Positions 10,519 through 20,445 of a stretch of DNA of 64,000 nt are shown here, in pieces. The position numbers and the translations under genes are program-made. The first letter of the stretch is position 1, and the number at the start of each line of letters is the position of its first letter. Below the pieces are notes generated by a model. It did no database searches. It was not told the origin of the DNA and was given only the letters and a program-made list of their open reading frames with translations. This stretch comes from Qingrenia yutianensis (GTDB lineage: Bacteria; Bacillota; Clostridia; UMGS1810): contig NZ_JACRTE010000003.1 in the NCBI RefSeq assembly GCF_014385105.1, forward strand, positions 112,358 to 176,357. Direction: 5' to 3'.

Positions 10519-10552
10519 GAAAAAATGTAGGGGACGATGCCCGCATCGTCCC
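10519..10552 (-). terminator. Rho-independent terminator downstream of PHP gene (minus strand)
   Basis: GC-rich hairpin gggacgatgc/gcatcgtccc at 10531–10552, followed on the minus strand by a T-run (A-run 10521–10525 on the plus strand). Confidence 0.5.
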
Positions 10553-10567
10553 GTTAACATCGTCCCG

Positions 10568-11401
10568 TTATCTTCTCATATCCTCCAAAATTTTATAAGG
10601 GATTTTCAAATTTCCCAAACCTGTGCCTATCTCAATGTGCGGTTTCATTGCACCGTGAAAATCCGTACCGCCCGAAATCTTAAGACCGAGCCGTTTTGCA
10701 AGGTCAAGATATTTTTTGTGCATTTCGGGCGTGTATTCGGTGTAAAATCCCTCAATGCCGTCAAGACCTGCATTTTTGAGCGACTTTATAAATTTAAAAA
10801 GGTCATCATCGGTGCGTTTCATAAGGTGTAAATGCGCCGCAAACGCCATACCGCCGGCGTTTTTTATAATTTTCACCGCCTCCTCGGCAGTGATTTTCTG
10901 ATTGGACGAATAACCGCCCTTTCCGCTTGAAAGGTACTTGTCAAACGCTTCTTTCACGCTTTTGACGTATCCTTTGTTCATCATAACGCGCGCAAAATGC
11001 GCACGTCCCACCGTACCGCCCCCGGACAGCTTTTCCGCCTCGGCAAGCGATACGTCAAAACCCATTTTTATAAGATTTTGTTCAACTTCCCTGTTGCGCT
11101 CGCACCGCACTCTTTTAAGGTCGGCAAGTTCTTTTTGCAGATTTTCGTTGTCAACGTCGATAAAATATCCCAAAATGTGCGTTTCGGTTTTGGATTTCGC
11201 CGAAAGTTCAATCCCCGTTACAACCTCGATATTTTCTCTTTTTCCCGTTAAAACCGCCTCTTTCACGCCGTCCGTCGTGTCGTGGTCGGTGAGCGCGATT
11301 GCCGAAAGTCCGTGATTTTTTGCGTACATAACAAGCTCGGACGGCGAAAGCGAGCCGTCCGATTTATTTGAATGTGTATGAAGGTCGATAAGTTTTTCCA
11401 T
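10568..11401 (-). CDS. PHP domain phosphoesterase (TrpH/YciV-like)
   Basis: N-terminal 'IDLHTHSNKSDGSLSPSELV...LTDHDT' metal-binding PHP motifs. Confidence 0.75.
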   Translation of the reverse strand: MEKLIDLHTHSNKSDGSLSPSELVMYAKNHGLSAIALTDHDTTDGVKEAVLTGKRENIEVVTGIELSAKSKTETHILGYFIDVDNENLQKELADLKRVRCERNREVEQNLIKMGFDVSLAEAEKLSGGGTVGRAHFARVMMNKGYVKSVKEAFDKYLSSGKGGYSSNQKITAEEAVKIIKNAGGMAFAAHLHLMKRTDDDLFKFIKSLKNAGLDGIEGFYTEYTPEMHKKYLDLAKRLGLKISGGTDFHGAMKPHIEIGTGLGNLKIPYKILEDMRR

Positions 11402-11402
11402 A

Positions 11403-12965
11403 CTAATTTTCTTCCTTATATTTTTTCATATATTCAGCCGTCGAGCCGTAGTTAAACACCTCAACCGCCTTTGCAAGTTGGTCGTCAATTTCAACCTCGC
11501 ACTGCTTTAAAACCTCCTCGATTTTAAGCTGGGTGGTGAAATCGAGCACGCCGTAGGGGTAAAGTCCCGTCATCTGCTGAAAATCTTTAACCGCGTAATA
11601 CATATTTTCGTCAAATTCATCGTTGGGAATTTCAACGAAAAATCCGAGCGCGTCAAGACGCTGTTTAAAGCACAAAACGTCCTCGCCCGTGTCGCCCTGC
11701 GACAAAATTCTGTCGTGAACAAGGGGCGCGTAATATTTTCTGTCATACTTCACAACGCGGTTTTTAAGGTAAATGTCGGGCGTAATTCCCACACCGTTTA
11801 TGTGACGTCCGCCCGCGGTGAGATATTCCGAGTCGGTGAGCCTTACGCCTCCGCCCGAAACAATTCTGCTCACAAGCTGTTTTGTGCCCTTGCCGTACGA
11901 CTGCTCGCCTATCGCAATGCCGACGTTTGTATCCTGAACCGCACCGGCAAAAGCCTCCGACGCGCTTGCACTGTTGCCGTTTATCAGCGCGATGATGTCG
12001 TATTTCGGGTTTTCAAGGTCGGAGTCAAACGAAAAATTCTTTTTCGGGTCTTTGTATTCAAATGAAATAATCGGACCTTTCGGGAAAAGCATATTGCCGA
12101 TTTTCACAAGCTCGGCAAGCGAACCGCCGGGGTTGCTGCGCAAATCGAAAATCACCTTTGTGATGCCGAGAGTGTCAAAATAGGAAAGCGCCTCGGATAT
12201 AAAATCGGAGCTGTGTCCCTCGAACGAATACAAAAGTATGTAGCCGATTTTGCCGTCGATAACGTCGTAAAATCCCGATTCGTCGTTCACAAGGTCACGT
12301 TTCATACTGAACGTCATATTTTCGCCGTCGCGGATTAAATCGACCGAAACCTCACTGCCTTGCTCGCCGATAATGTGGCTTTTCGCCTCGTTGATGCCCA
12401 TTCCGACGATATTTACTCCGCCGACGCTTACGATAAGGTCGTCCTTTTTAATTCCGGCGCCCGACGCAGGCGAATTTTTAATTACGCGCACAACTTTCAA
12501 ACCGCCGTCAACAGCGGTGACGATAACGCCGATACCGTAGTATTCGTTGTTTATGCCCTCAATAAATTTGTCGTATTCTTCAGCGGTGTAATACTCGCTG
12601 TGGGGGTCGAGATTTGAAAAAATTCCTTTAAGCGCGTCGTCGAGATATTCGGGGTGTTTTGCCAAAATAACGCGCAGTGCGTTGCGGTAAACGTCCTTTG
12701 CCTCAACGTCGTATTTATACGTTTGTTCAAGCATTTTAAGCGTGCGGTCGATAAGCGAGTTTTCAAAGGTGTCAAGGTTAAGTTCGCCGTCGGATTTATC
12801 CTCCGCAGTGTTTTCGTCTGTATTTCCGTCGGTGTTTTCGCCCGTGTTTTCGCTCTGTGCGCTCTCGTTTGTCTGCAAATCCTCGGCATAAACAAAGCAG
12901 GGAACGCTTGAAAAAATTATGCTTAACACAAGAATTAACGATAAAATTTTGTTTTTTATTTTCAT
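11403..12965 (-). CDS. S41 family C-terminal processing peptidase with C-terminal peptidoglycan-binding domain
   Basis: Signal peptide, PDZ and S41 core ('GPIISFEY...NGNSASASE'), and a C-terminal PG_binding-like 'GDTGEDVLCFKQRLDALGFF'. Confidence 0.8.
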   Translation of the reverse strand: MKIKNKILSLILVLSIIFSSVPCFVYAEDLQTNESAQSENTGENTDGNTDENTAEDKSDGELNLDTFENSLIDRTLKMLEQTYKYDVEAKDVYRNALRVILAKHPEYLDDALKGIFSNLDPHSEYYTAEEYDKFIEGINNEYYGIGVIVTAVDGGLKVVRVIKNSPASGAGIKKDDLIVSVGGVNIVGMGINEAKSHIIGEQGSEVSVDLIRDGENMTFSMKRDLVNDESGFYDVIDGKIGYILLYSFEGHSSDFISEALSYFDTLGITKVIFDLRSNPGGSLAELVKIGNMLFPKGPIISFEYKDPKKNFSFDSDLENPKYDIIALINGNSASASEAFAGAVQDTNVGIAIGEQSYGKGTKQLVSRIVSGGGVRLTDSEYLTAGGRHINGVGITPDIYLKNRVVKYDRKYYAPLVHDRILSQGDTGEDVLCFKQRLDALGFFVEIPNDEFDENMYYAVKDFQQMTGLYPYGVLDFTTQLKIEEVLKQCEVEIDDQLAKAVEVFNYGSTAEYMKKYKEEN

Positions 12966-12974
12966 ATTTTCACC

Positions 12975-14006
12975 TTATCCCACATAAATTATATAACATA
13001 TTTTTTCGCTGCCGTATTGGTCAATCATAGTAAAAAACACGGCTTCGCGGTCTAAAAGAAAGCGGTTTATTTTGTCCTGCGACGAATCGGAATAATTTTC
13101 GTAAACTAGAAAGTTTGAAAATGCGTCAAAGCCTGTCAGAACGCCGTTTTCGGCGGCCGGCATAAATTCGCCTTTCTGATATTTTTTAAGATTTTTGAAA
13201 ATTATTTTGTGTCCGCTTTTGTCATATAAAAAAACGTCGCCTTTGTAAATTCCGCCCGTTTTAAAGCGGTTTTCGTCATTCTTTTTGATTTTTAAAGCAA
13301 AGCAAGTACCGTCTTTTGCAAAGCACAATACACTGCACCCCTGTTCGGGCTTGTCGCCGATGTATAAAATAAGGTCGTTTTCCTTTGTGACAACGTCGTT
13401 TCCGTTTGTGAGCGAAATTGTTTTTTCGCTTCCCATCGCGGAAACGTCGCTTATTTTGCCGTTCGTGACGTCATATCCGTGTTTTTTTGCGATTTCCGCG
13501 TCAAAAAGCGCAAGCTTTGCGAAAAAATCCTTTTCGGTTTGCTCATCTTTAGGGCGCAAAAGCTTTTTGCCGTCGAGATTTTCGCATTTTTCGTAACTTT
13601 CAAGATATGCCGAAACGTATCCGCGGTTTTCTGCACTGCAAAGCGCAAAATCGTAAAAATCACAGAGTTTTTGGCTGTTTTCGCTTTTGAGATTAAAGCT
13701 TACCGCGCACAGACGGAAAAAATCTTCGTTTGTCAAAATTTTGCCGTCGTTTCCGCCGTCATCTTGGTCAATTCCGAAAATTTTCACCGCTTTTTCGTAT
13801 GCCATACCGCGGTCGGGCAGATATTCGCCGTCAAATATGCCGAGTTTTTTCAAAAGCATAAGAATGTCCGCATTTTCGCCTGCGTCGTACGAAAGGGAAA
13901 AGTCAGCCTTTTTGTCGCCGTAAAGCTTTGCGCAGAGCGCGTTTTGCCCGATAAGCAAAAGCACAAGCGCAAGACAAACAAATTTTCTTATTTTCAATTT
14001 ATTCAC
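12975..14006 (-). CDS. hypothetical secreted protein
   Basis: Signal peptide 'FVCLALVLLLIGQNALCA'. No recognisable catalytic motif. Confidence 0.45.
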   Translation of the reverse strand: MNKLKIRKFVCLALVLLLIGQNALCAKLYGDKKADFSLSYDAGENADILMLLKKLGIFDGEYLPDRGMAYEKAVKIFGIDQDDGGNDGKILTNEDFFRLCAVSFNLKSENSQKLCDFYDFALCSAENRGYVSAYLESYEKCENLDGKKLLRPKDEQTEKDFFAKLALFDAEIAKKHGYDVTNGKISDVSAMGSEKTISLTNGNDVVTKENDLILYIGDKPEQGCSVLCFAKDGTCFALKIKKNDENRFKTGGIYKGDVFLYDKSGHKIIFKNLKKYQKGEFMPAAENGVLTGFDAFSNFLVYENYSDSSQDKINRFLLDREAVFFTMIDQYGSEKICYIIYVG

Positions 14007-14017
14007 CTTTTTAAAAT

Positions 14018-15718
14018 TTACATTTTTTCGGGCGCGTCAATTCCGAGAATGTCCAAAACGTTTTTGATAACCGTTTTAACCGCCGTGATGAGGTAAAGAC
14101 GCGCAAGCGTTAAGTTTTTGTCCTCGTTTTTAACCCTGCATTTGGGCGCGTTGTAGAACGAATGGAAAAGCGACGCCAAATCAAGCACGTAGCGCGTAAT
14201 TCTGCTGGGGTCACTGTTTTCGGCGCAGATGCAGATTTCGTTGGGAAGCATTGCGATTTTCGCCGTTAATTCTTCCTCTTCCGGCTCGGTAAGAACGGTC
14301 AAATCTGCATTTTCGTCAAACGAAATGCCGTCCTCTTTGAGCGAATTTATAATGCTTGCAATTCGCGCGTGCGCATACTGAACGTAGAAAACGGGGTTTT
14401 CGCTGTTCTGCGCAACCGCCAAATCGAGGTCAAAATCAAGGTGGCTTTCGCTGTGGCGCAGATTAAAGAAAAATCTCGCCGCGTCAACGCCGATTTCTTC
14501 GATAAGGTCGGAAAGTGTAATCATCTTTCCCGTGCGCTTGCTCATACGTGCGATTTCGCCGTTTCGCATAAGTCGCACAAGCTGCATAATCACAATTTCA
14601 AGTTTGTCGCCGTCAAGACCGATTGCGTTCATAGCGCCTTTCATACGCGCAACGTGACCGTGATGGTCGGCGCCCCAAACATTTATCGCCCTGTCAAATT
14701 TGCGGATTGCGAATTTGTTTCGGTGATATGCAATATCCACCGCAAAATAGGTGGGAATACCGTTCTGACGGATTAAAACTTCGTCTTTTTCACAGCCGAA
14801 ATCGGTGGCTTTAAGCCAAAGCGCGCCGTCTTTTTCGTATGTCAAACCGCTCTTTTTGAGCGCGTCCATTGTTTCTTTAACTTCGCCGTCTTTGTGGAGC
14901 GTGCTTTCGGGAAACCACACGTCGTACGAAATTTTGTAGTCGAGAAGTCCTTTTTTCAGATTTTCAATATTTATCGGCAAAGCGTAGTCAACAAGCGCTT
15001 TTCTGCGTTCCTCGCCGTCCTTTTCAAGAAGTGCATCGCCGTATTTTTCAATATAGTTTTTCGCGTGCTCTTTTATGTCGTCGCCCTGATACCAGTCGGG
15101 CGAAAATTCCACCGCGTCATCGCCCCTTAACGCCTGAATATAGCGTGCCTCAAGCGAATAGCCGAATTTTTCAATCTGCGCGCCCGCGTCGTTGATGTAA
15201 AATTCCTTTGTAACGTCGTAACCCGCGCATTTTAAAATGTTAGACAAAACGTCGCCGATAACACCTCCGCGCGCGTTACCCATATGCATAGGACCCGTGG
15301 GGTTTGCGCTGACAAATTCGACAACCACTCTTTCGCCGTTTCCCATATCGGTTTTGCCGTAGTCCGCGCCCATTTTATGAGCAAGTTTAAGCGCGTCGTA
15401 CAGCCAGTCTTTTTTAAGATAAAAGTTGATAAATCCGGGACCTGCGATTTCGCATCGGTCAATGTATGTGTCCTCAATGTCGATGTTATCGAGAATTAAC
15501 TGTGCCGTTTCGCGCGGATTTTTCTTGACAAGCTTGGTGATTTTCATTGCAATATTGCTTGAGAAGTCGCCGTTTTTCTTGTCTTTGGGAATTTCAATTT
15601 CGATAGGCAGAAGATAGCCCTGCTCGTCGAATTTGAAAACCTTTTTATCCTCCAGAACCGCGCACGAATTGCCGATTGCCGAAATTATCTGGTCTTTTAT
15701 TTTAGCCGTAATGTCCAT
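14018..15718 (-). CDS. argS: arginine--tRNA ligase
   Basis: Class I aaRS with 'PTGPMHMGNARGGVIGD' (HIGH-like) and a 'MSKRTGK' (KMSKS-like) block. Typical length of 566 aa. Confidence 0.9.
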   Translation of the reverse strand: MDITAKIKDQIISAIGNSCAVLEDKKVFKFDEQGYLLPIEIEIPKDKKNGDFSSNIAMKITKLVKKNPRETAQLILDNIDIEDTYIDRCEIAGPGFINFYLKKDWLYDALKLAHKMGADYGKTDMGNGERVVVEFVSANPTGPMHMGNARGGVIGDVLSNILKCAGYDVTKEFYINDAGAQIEKFGYSLEARYIQALRGDDAVEFSPDWYQGDDIKEHAKNYIEKYGDALLEKDGEERRKALVDYALPINIENLKKGLLDYKISYDVWFPESTLHKDGEVKETMDALKKSGLTYEKDGALWLKATDFGCEKDEVLIRQNGIPTYFAVDIAYHRNKFAIRKFDRAINVWGADHHGHVARMKGAMNAIGLDGDKLEIVIMQLVRLMRNGEIARMSKRTGKMITLSDLIEEIGVDAARFFFNLRHSESHLDFDLDLAVAQNSENPVFYVQYAHARIASIINSLKEDGISFDENADLTVLTEPEEEELTAKIAMLPNEICICAENSDPSRITRYVLDLASLFHSFYNAPKCRVKNEDKNLTLARLYLITAVKTVIKNVLDILGIDAPEKM

Positions 15719-15742
15719 ATTTTTCTCCTTTTAAGCCGTAGA

Positions 15743-16168
15743 TTAAGCTTCTTTTATATTTATCGAAAGTGTGGTTTCGCTTGCAAAAGCGTCGTTGATG
15801 TCCATTTTGTAGCCGACGTTCACAACACCGCCGTCGTCGGTGACGTCAACGCCCACCTCGGTGCTTAAAACGCTCACCGAAAAACTGCCGAACTGCGTGT
15901 TGTAATAAGACGTCGTTTTGCGGTTGGGAATAAACAAAAGCTGATTGTTCACCGAACCGCTCCTTATTATCGACACCTTTTCGCGCTCGATTTCAACCGT
16001 CGTCGTGGTGCCGTCCATACCCGTGACCTCCGATTCGGTATAAACGAGATAATACCGCGCGTTCTCCTTGTAAAAAACGCCCTCGGTCACAAGCTCAACG
16101 TCCTCTTTTTCGTCCTCCGCGTTTCGCTGTTTGCCCTTAATATTTATCAAAACGTTCTTTTTTTCCAC
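15743..16168 (-). CDS. DUF1934 family protein (conserved partner upstream of argS in Firmicutes)
   Basis: 141-aa beta-rich protein lying 24 nt upstream of argS, a conserved Firmicute arrangement. Confidence 0.65.
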   Translation of the reverse strand: MEKKNVLINIKGKQRNAEDEKEDVELVTEGVFYKENARYYLVYTESEVTGMDGTTTTVEIEREKVSIIRSGSVNNQLLFIPNRKTTSYYNTQFGSFSVSVLSTEVGVDVTDDGGVVNVGYKMDINDAFASETTLSINIKEA

Positions 16169-16171
16169 TTT

Positions 16172-16981
16172 CTAATACCTCTCTATGTCTATCTTTTCAA
16201 TCATTTTTCCGATGTCCTTGTCAAGAAATATATTAGCAACATTCAAAAATCCGTCAACCGAGTCGCTGACAAAAAATTTGTACTGTTCATCTGCCTTCTT
16301 TTCGGCAAAACTGTTTTCGTCGCGAAGTTTCTGCGCCGCAAAATCCGCCGTGGATTTGCCTGCGTCGATAAGCGCAACGTTATCGCCCATAACGCGCCTT
16401 ACCGTATTTTTCAAAAGCGGATAGTGCGTGCAGCCGAGAATAAGCGTGTCAATATCCATACCGTCAAAGCCCGAAAGATATTCTTTTGCGATAAGATAAG
16501 CCGCCTCGGAGTCTGCCATATTGTTCTCTGCAAGCGGAACGAACATAGGGCAGGCGATACTGTGCACAAAAATGTCTTTATCAATTTCGCCGATTGCTTG
16601 TTCGTATTTTCCGCTCGCAACCGTACTGCTTGTGCCGATTATGCCTATTTTTTTGTTTTTCGTCGCCTTTGCCGCCGCTTTTGCAGTCGGTTCAACAACG
16701 CCGATTATCGGAATGTTAAACATACTTTTGAGCGTTTCTATGGCAACCGAGCTTACCGTTCCGCACGCGATTACAACAAGTTTAATATCGTGCGTTTTCA
16801 AAAAATTCATATCGCTGACCGCGTATTTAATGATGGTTTCGTTCGACCTTGTGCCGTACGGCACGCGTCCCGTGTCGCCGAAATACACAATGTTTTCGCC
16901 GGGAAGTTTTTTTATAAGCTCTTTTACAGCAGTAAGTCCGCCGACGCCCGAATCAAAGACGCCTATGTATCTGTTATCCAT
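16172..16981 (-). CDS. murI: glutamate racemase
   Basis: 'IGVFDSGVGGLT' and a second catalytic Cys block 'GCTHYP'. Confidence 0.9.
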   Translation of the reverse strand: MDNRYIGVFDSGVGGLTAVKELIKKLPGENIVYFGDTGRVPYGTRSNETIIKYAVSDMNFLKTHDIKLVVIACGTVSSVAIETLKSMFNIPIIGVVEPTAKAAAKATKNKKIGIIGTSSTVASGKYEQAIGEIDKDIFVHSIACPMFVPLAENNMADSEAAYLIAKEYLSGFDGMDIDTLILGCTHYPLLKNTVRRVMGDNVALIDAGKSTADFAAQKLRDENSFAEKKADEQYKFFVSDSVDGFLNVANIFLDKDIGKMIEKIDIERY

Positions 16982-16985
16982 AATT

Positions 16986-18047
16986 TTACTCCATACCGAT
17001 TTCTATAAGTCTGTCTAAAATTTCAGCATACGAAAATCCCTCGTGCATAAAAAGCTTGGGGAACATACTTATGCTCGTAAAGCCCGGAAGTGTGTTGATT
17101 TCGTTGAGTTTCACCGTGCCGTCGTCCTCGTTTACAAAAAAGTCAACGCGCGAATATCCCTTGCCGTCCAGCGCGATAAACGCTTTTTTTGCTGTTTCTT
17201 TTATGCGCTTTTCAATGCCGTCTTTAAATTCTGCCGGAATTATAAGCTTGCTTTCAACCTTGTCGGAATATTTCGCTTCGTAGTCGTAAAATTCGTTTGC
17301 TGCCTTGATTTCGCCCACGCACGACACTCTCACAACTCCGCGTTTGCCCATAACCGCGCACTCAACCTCTCTGCCCGACAAAAATTCTTCTATGATAATG
17401 CGTCTGTCAAATTTAAACGCGTTGTCGATTGCGCTCATAAGCTCATCTCTGTTTTTCGCTTTGCCTATGCCGATTGACGAGCCTGCGTTTGCCGGTTTGA
17501 CAAACATAGGATAGCCGAAAATTTCCTCCGCGTCCACAACTTTTTTCATAATTTCGTCGCGGTCGTAGTCGTTCACCGTCACCCATTTTGCCTGGTCAAT
17601 GCCTGCGCTTTCAAGCATAATTTTTGTGTATGCCTTATCCATACCGAGGCAGGAGGTGAGCATATCGGGACCTGTATACGGAATGTGCGCAAGTTTAAGC
17701 ATACCCTGAACCGTGCCGTCCTCGCCGTTTGCGCCGTGAAGTCCCAAAAACGCGCAGTCGATTTTAACCTTTTCAAGTTTTCCGTTTCCGTAAACGATAA
17801 GCGCTCCGTCCGCACCGCCGAGGTCAACCGAAACGTCTTTAAGGCTGTCGTCATACCACCTGTCACAGATGATGTTTTCAACCTTGCCGGTGTATTCTTT
17901 CCACTTTCCGCCGCGCGTTATGCCGACGGTCATAATGTCGTATTTTTCTTTGTCAAGCTCGTTTATAATCGATGCAGCCGAGCGCAGAGAAATCTCATAT
18001 TCGGTAGACTCTCCGCCGAAGATTACGCAAATTTTCTTTTTCAACAT
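16986..18047 (-). CDS. ddl: D-alanine--D-alanine ligase
   Basis: ATP-grasp fold with 'VIFGGESTEYEISLRSA' N-terminus and 'EINTLPGFT' C-terminal motif. Confidence 0.9.
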   Translation of the reverse strand: MLKKKICVIFGGESTEYEISLRSAASIINELDKEKYDIMTVGITRGGKWKEYTGKVENIICDRWYDDSLKDVSVDLGGADGALIVYGNGKLEKVKIDCAFLGLHGANGEDGTVQGMLKLAHIPYTGPDMLTSCLGMDKAYTKIMLESAGIDQAKWVTVNDYDRDEIMKKVVDAEEIFGYPMFVKPANAGSSIGIGKAKNRDELMSAIDNAFKFDRRIIIEEFLSGREVECAVMGKRGVVRVSCVGEIKAANEFYDYEAKYSDKVESKLIIPAEFKDGIEKRIKETAKKAFIALDGKGYSRVDFFVNEDDGTVKLNEINTLPGFTSISMFPKLFMHEGFSYAEILDRLIEIGME

Positions 18048-18271
18048 AAAAAACCCCTTTATTTATATAGGAAAAATCCTTAATTTATCATATGTAAAAC
18101 CGATGTAATACGGCAAAAAATATTACACCTTTTTTATTATATCACAAACAAAGTCAAAAGCAAATAGAAAATTACCAAAAAAACAATAAAAATTTTGTCA
18201 AATTAGCACTATCAATTTTTTTAAAAGTGTGATATACTTACTTTATCTCACTTTAAGGAGTTATCAAAGTT

Positions 18272-19237
18272 ATGCCGAGCATAAAAATAAACAATAAATC
18301 AAACACCTTTCCCGTGCCGTATGCGTTTGCGGATAAATATATGCCCAGCGCAAATGCAGTTTACGTTAAGGTTTACATATACGCGCTCCGTTTATCGTTT
18401 GACACGGGCTATGAAATCACAATCGAGAGTATCGCGTCAAAGCTTAATATTCTCGAGAGCGACGTTATAAACGCGTTTGAATACTGGAAACAAGTCGGAA
18501 TTATGGAGTTCAAAAAAACCAAGCTCGGCTACGAAACAGAATTTTTGTCCTGCACCGATACCGAAAACACCGCCGACAAAAAGGCACACGCAACGCCGAA
18601 ATATGCGGCAAAGGACGTTACGCGCTGTATACAGGAAAACGACGATATGAAAAATATGTATCAGATTGCACAGGGAATTTTAAACCGTCCTTTAAGCACC
18701 ACCGAAATCACCACGCTTTACAGTATGTACGACTGGCTGGGACTTCCGCGAGAGGTTGTGCTGATGATTTTGGAGCACTGCGCGCAAATCGGCAAAACAA
18801 ATATGCGATACATCGAAAAGGTTGCCGTTTCGTGGTCGGAAAAGGGCATAGACACGCTCGACAAGGCAAAAGCGCATCTTCGCGCGGCAAAAGAATTTAA
18901 CCTTGTCAAAACAAAAATTAAAAATATTTTCCAGATAAAAGACCGAAATTTCACCGAAACGGAGTTAAAATATATCTCAAAATGGATAAACGATATGTCG
19001 GTTGATATTGATATGATAAAAAAAGCGTACGACGTGACGGTGACCAACACGCAAAAGCTGTCGTATCCGTATATGACCACCGTTTTGCAGTCAATTGTGG
19101 ACGGCACGTTTGACAAGCCGAAGTCCAAGCAGGCAAAAGGCGGATTTTTGAACTATACCGAGCGCAAAGACCTCGACGAAAACGACCTTAATATGATTAA
19201 AAAGCGCCGTGAATACATCGCGAAAGGAGAGGCATAA
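18272..19237 (+). CDS. DnaD-domain replication initiation/membrane attachment protein (DnaB/DnaD-like)
   Basis: DnaD-like domain with 'YVKVYIYAL' winged-helix start and a C-terminal DDBH2-like region. The stop overlaps the start of the downstream dnaI-like gene. Confidence 0.7.
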   Translation: MPSIKINNKSNTFPVPYAFADKYMPSANAVYVKVYIYALRLSFDTGYEITIESIASKLNILESDVINAFEYWKQVGIMEFKKTKLGYETEFLSCTDTENTADKKAHATPKYAAKDVTRCIQENDDMKNMYQIAQGILNRPLSTTEITTLYSMYDWLGLPREVVLMILEHCAQIGKTNMRYIEKVAVSWSEKGIDTLDKAKAHLRAAKEFNLVKTKIKNIFQIKDRNFTETELKYISKWINDMSVDIDMIKKAYDVTVTNTQKLSYPYMTTVLQSIVDGTFDKPKSKQAKGGFLNYTERKDLDENDLNMIKKRREYIAKGEA

Positions 19238-20220
19238 TGGATATTGCAAAAATGCTCAAACAGGAGCTTTCGGAGGAATATTTCGAGAAAAAAGAGCGAA
19301 ACGAAAACGAATATGAGCGCAAAAAGGAAATTTTGTATGCCGAGCATCCGCGTCTTAAAGAAATTGACACCGATATTTCGCTCACCGCACTGCGCTGTGC
19401 GAGGAAAATTATAGACAAAACGCGCACGGCGGAGGACGTTTCAAAAGAAATGCTCGAAACGCTCTCGCTCTTAAAAGCCGAGCGCGAGGAGTATATTGCA
19501 AAAAACAATATCGACCCGAGCTACATAAACCCGTCTGCCGACTGCAAAATCTGCAATGACACGGGATATGCTGACGGCAAAATGTGCAAATGTATGAAAA
19601 CGCGCCTTGTTGAAAAGTTATACGAACTTTCGCATATGACCGACGAAAACAAAAAATGCACTTTCAATAAATTTAAGCTTGATTATTACCCCGACCGCGA
19701 CGAAAACAATCTTGGAATTACGCCTCTTGAAAACATAAAAGAAGTGCTTATGGCGTGCAAAAAATTCTGCGAGAATTTCTCGAAAAACAAGCGCGGAATT
19801 TATATTTCGGGAAATGCCGGAGTGGGCAAAACGTACCTTTCGTGCTGTATTGCAAACTACCTTATTTCGCGCGGAAATACGGTACTTTATCAAAGCGCGT
19901 ACCGTTTGTTTTCGTTTTTGGAGGACTATAAATTTATGCGCGTTGACCGAAACGCTTTTTCGCAGTTTTACGATTACATCTACAACTGCGATATGCTGAT
20001 TATAGACGACCTCGGCACCGAGTTTTCCACCACATTTGCAAAGGCGGCATTTTTTGATATAATCAATTCGCGCGCCGACAGCAAAAAGAGCACGGTTATA
20101 AGTTCAAACCTTTCGCTTGCCGACCTTGAGAATTTTTATTCTCCGCGCGTAAAGTCGCGTGTTAATTCGTCGTTTCTGCTTCTCTCGATTTTGGGGGAGG
20201 ATATAAGGGAGAAAATATAA
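19237..20220 (+). CDS. dnaI: primosomal helicase-loader DnaI/DnaC-like AAA+ ATPase
   Basis: Zinc-binding 'CKICNDTGYADGKMCKC', Walker A 'GNAGVGKTYL', Walker B 'LIIDDLG'. Confidence 0.8.
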   Translation: MDIAKMLKQELSEEYFEKKERNENEYERKKEILYAEHPRLKEIDTDISLTALRCARKIIDKTRTAEDVSKEMLETLSLLKAEREEYIAKNNIDPSYINPSADCKICNDTGYADGKMCKCMKTRLVEKLYELSHMTDENKKCTFNKFKLDYYPDRDENNLGITPLENIKEVLMACKKFCENFSKNKRGIYISGNAGVGKTYLSCCIANYLISRGNTVLYQSAYRLFSFLEDYKFMRVDRNAFSQFYDYIYNCDMLIIDDLGTEFSTTFAKAAFFDIINSRADSKKSTVISSNLSLADLENFYSPRVKSRVNSSFLLLSILGEDIREKI

Positions 20221-20223
20221 AAA

Positions 20224-20243
20224 AGAGAGTATAAATACTCTCT
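20224..20243 (+). terminator. perfect 20-nt palindrome (hairpin) immediately after dnaI stop; possible terminator
   Basis: agagagtat-aa-atactctct. There is no strong T-run, so terminator function is uncertain. Confidence 0.35.
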
Positions 20244-20244
20244 T

Positions 20245-20292
20245 CAGACTGTCGAAAAAGCCCAGACTTTTCCGGACTTTTTCGACAGTCTG
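20245..20292. repeat. 48-nt element: perfect 16-bp inverted repeat with 16-nt loop
   Basis: cagactgtcgaaaaag (20245–20260) pairs with ctttttcgacagtctg (20277–20292). Confidence 0.6.
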
Positions 20293-20445
20293 AGCAAGCT
20301 ATAAAATGACTTGCTTTTTGCCGGCGGAGAAGTTCAAACTTCTCTCAATATCCTAATCATTCATACACGCAAAATACACGATATGGTTTGATTGTAGTTT
20401 CTTATACGGCAATATGAGGAATATGCTTTTTTTAATTTTTTATGA

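Noticed and set aside
13479-14096. 205-aa plus-strand ORF opposite the hypothetical secreted protein and argS start
   Set aside because: It is antisense to genes with good context (ATGA/short-gap operon on the minus strand). It is Phe/Lys-rich, typical of an AT-rich antisense frame.
18048-18271. Possible DnaA boxes or a replication origin next to dnaD/dnaI-like genes
   Set aside because: There is no TTATCCACA-type 9-mer cluster, only an AT-rich promoter region with a TGnTATACT extended -10. dnaA and dnaN are absent from the window.
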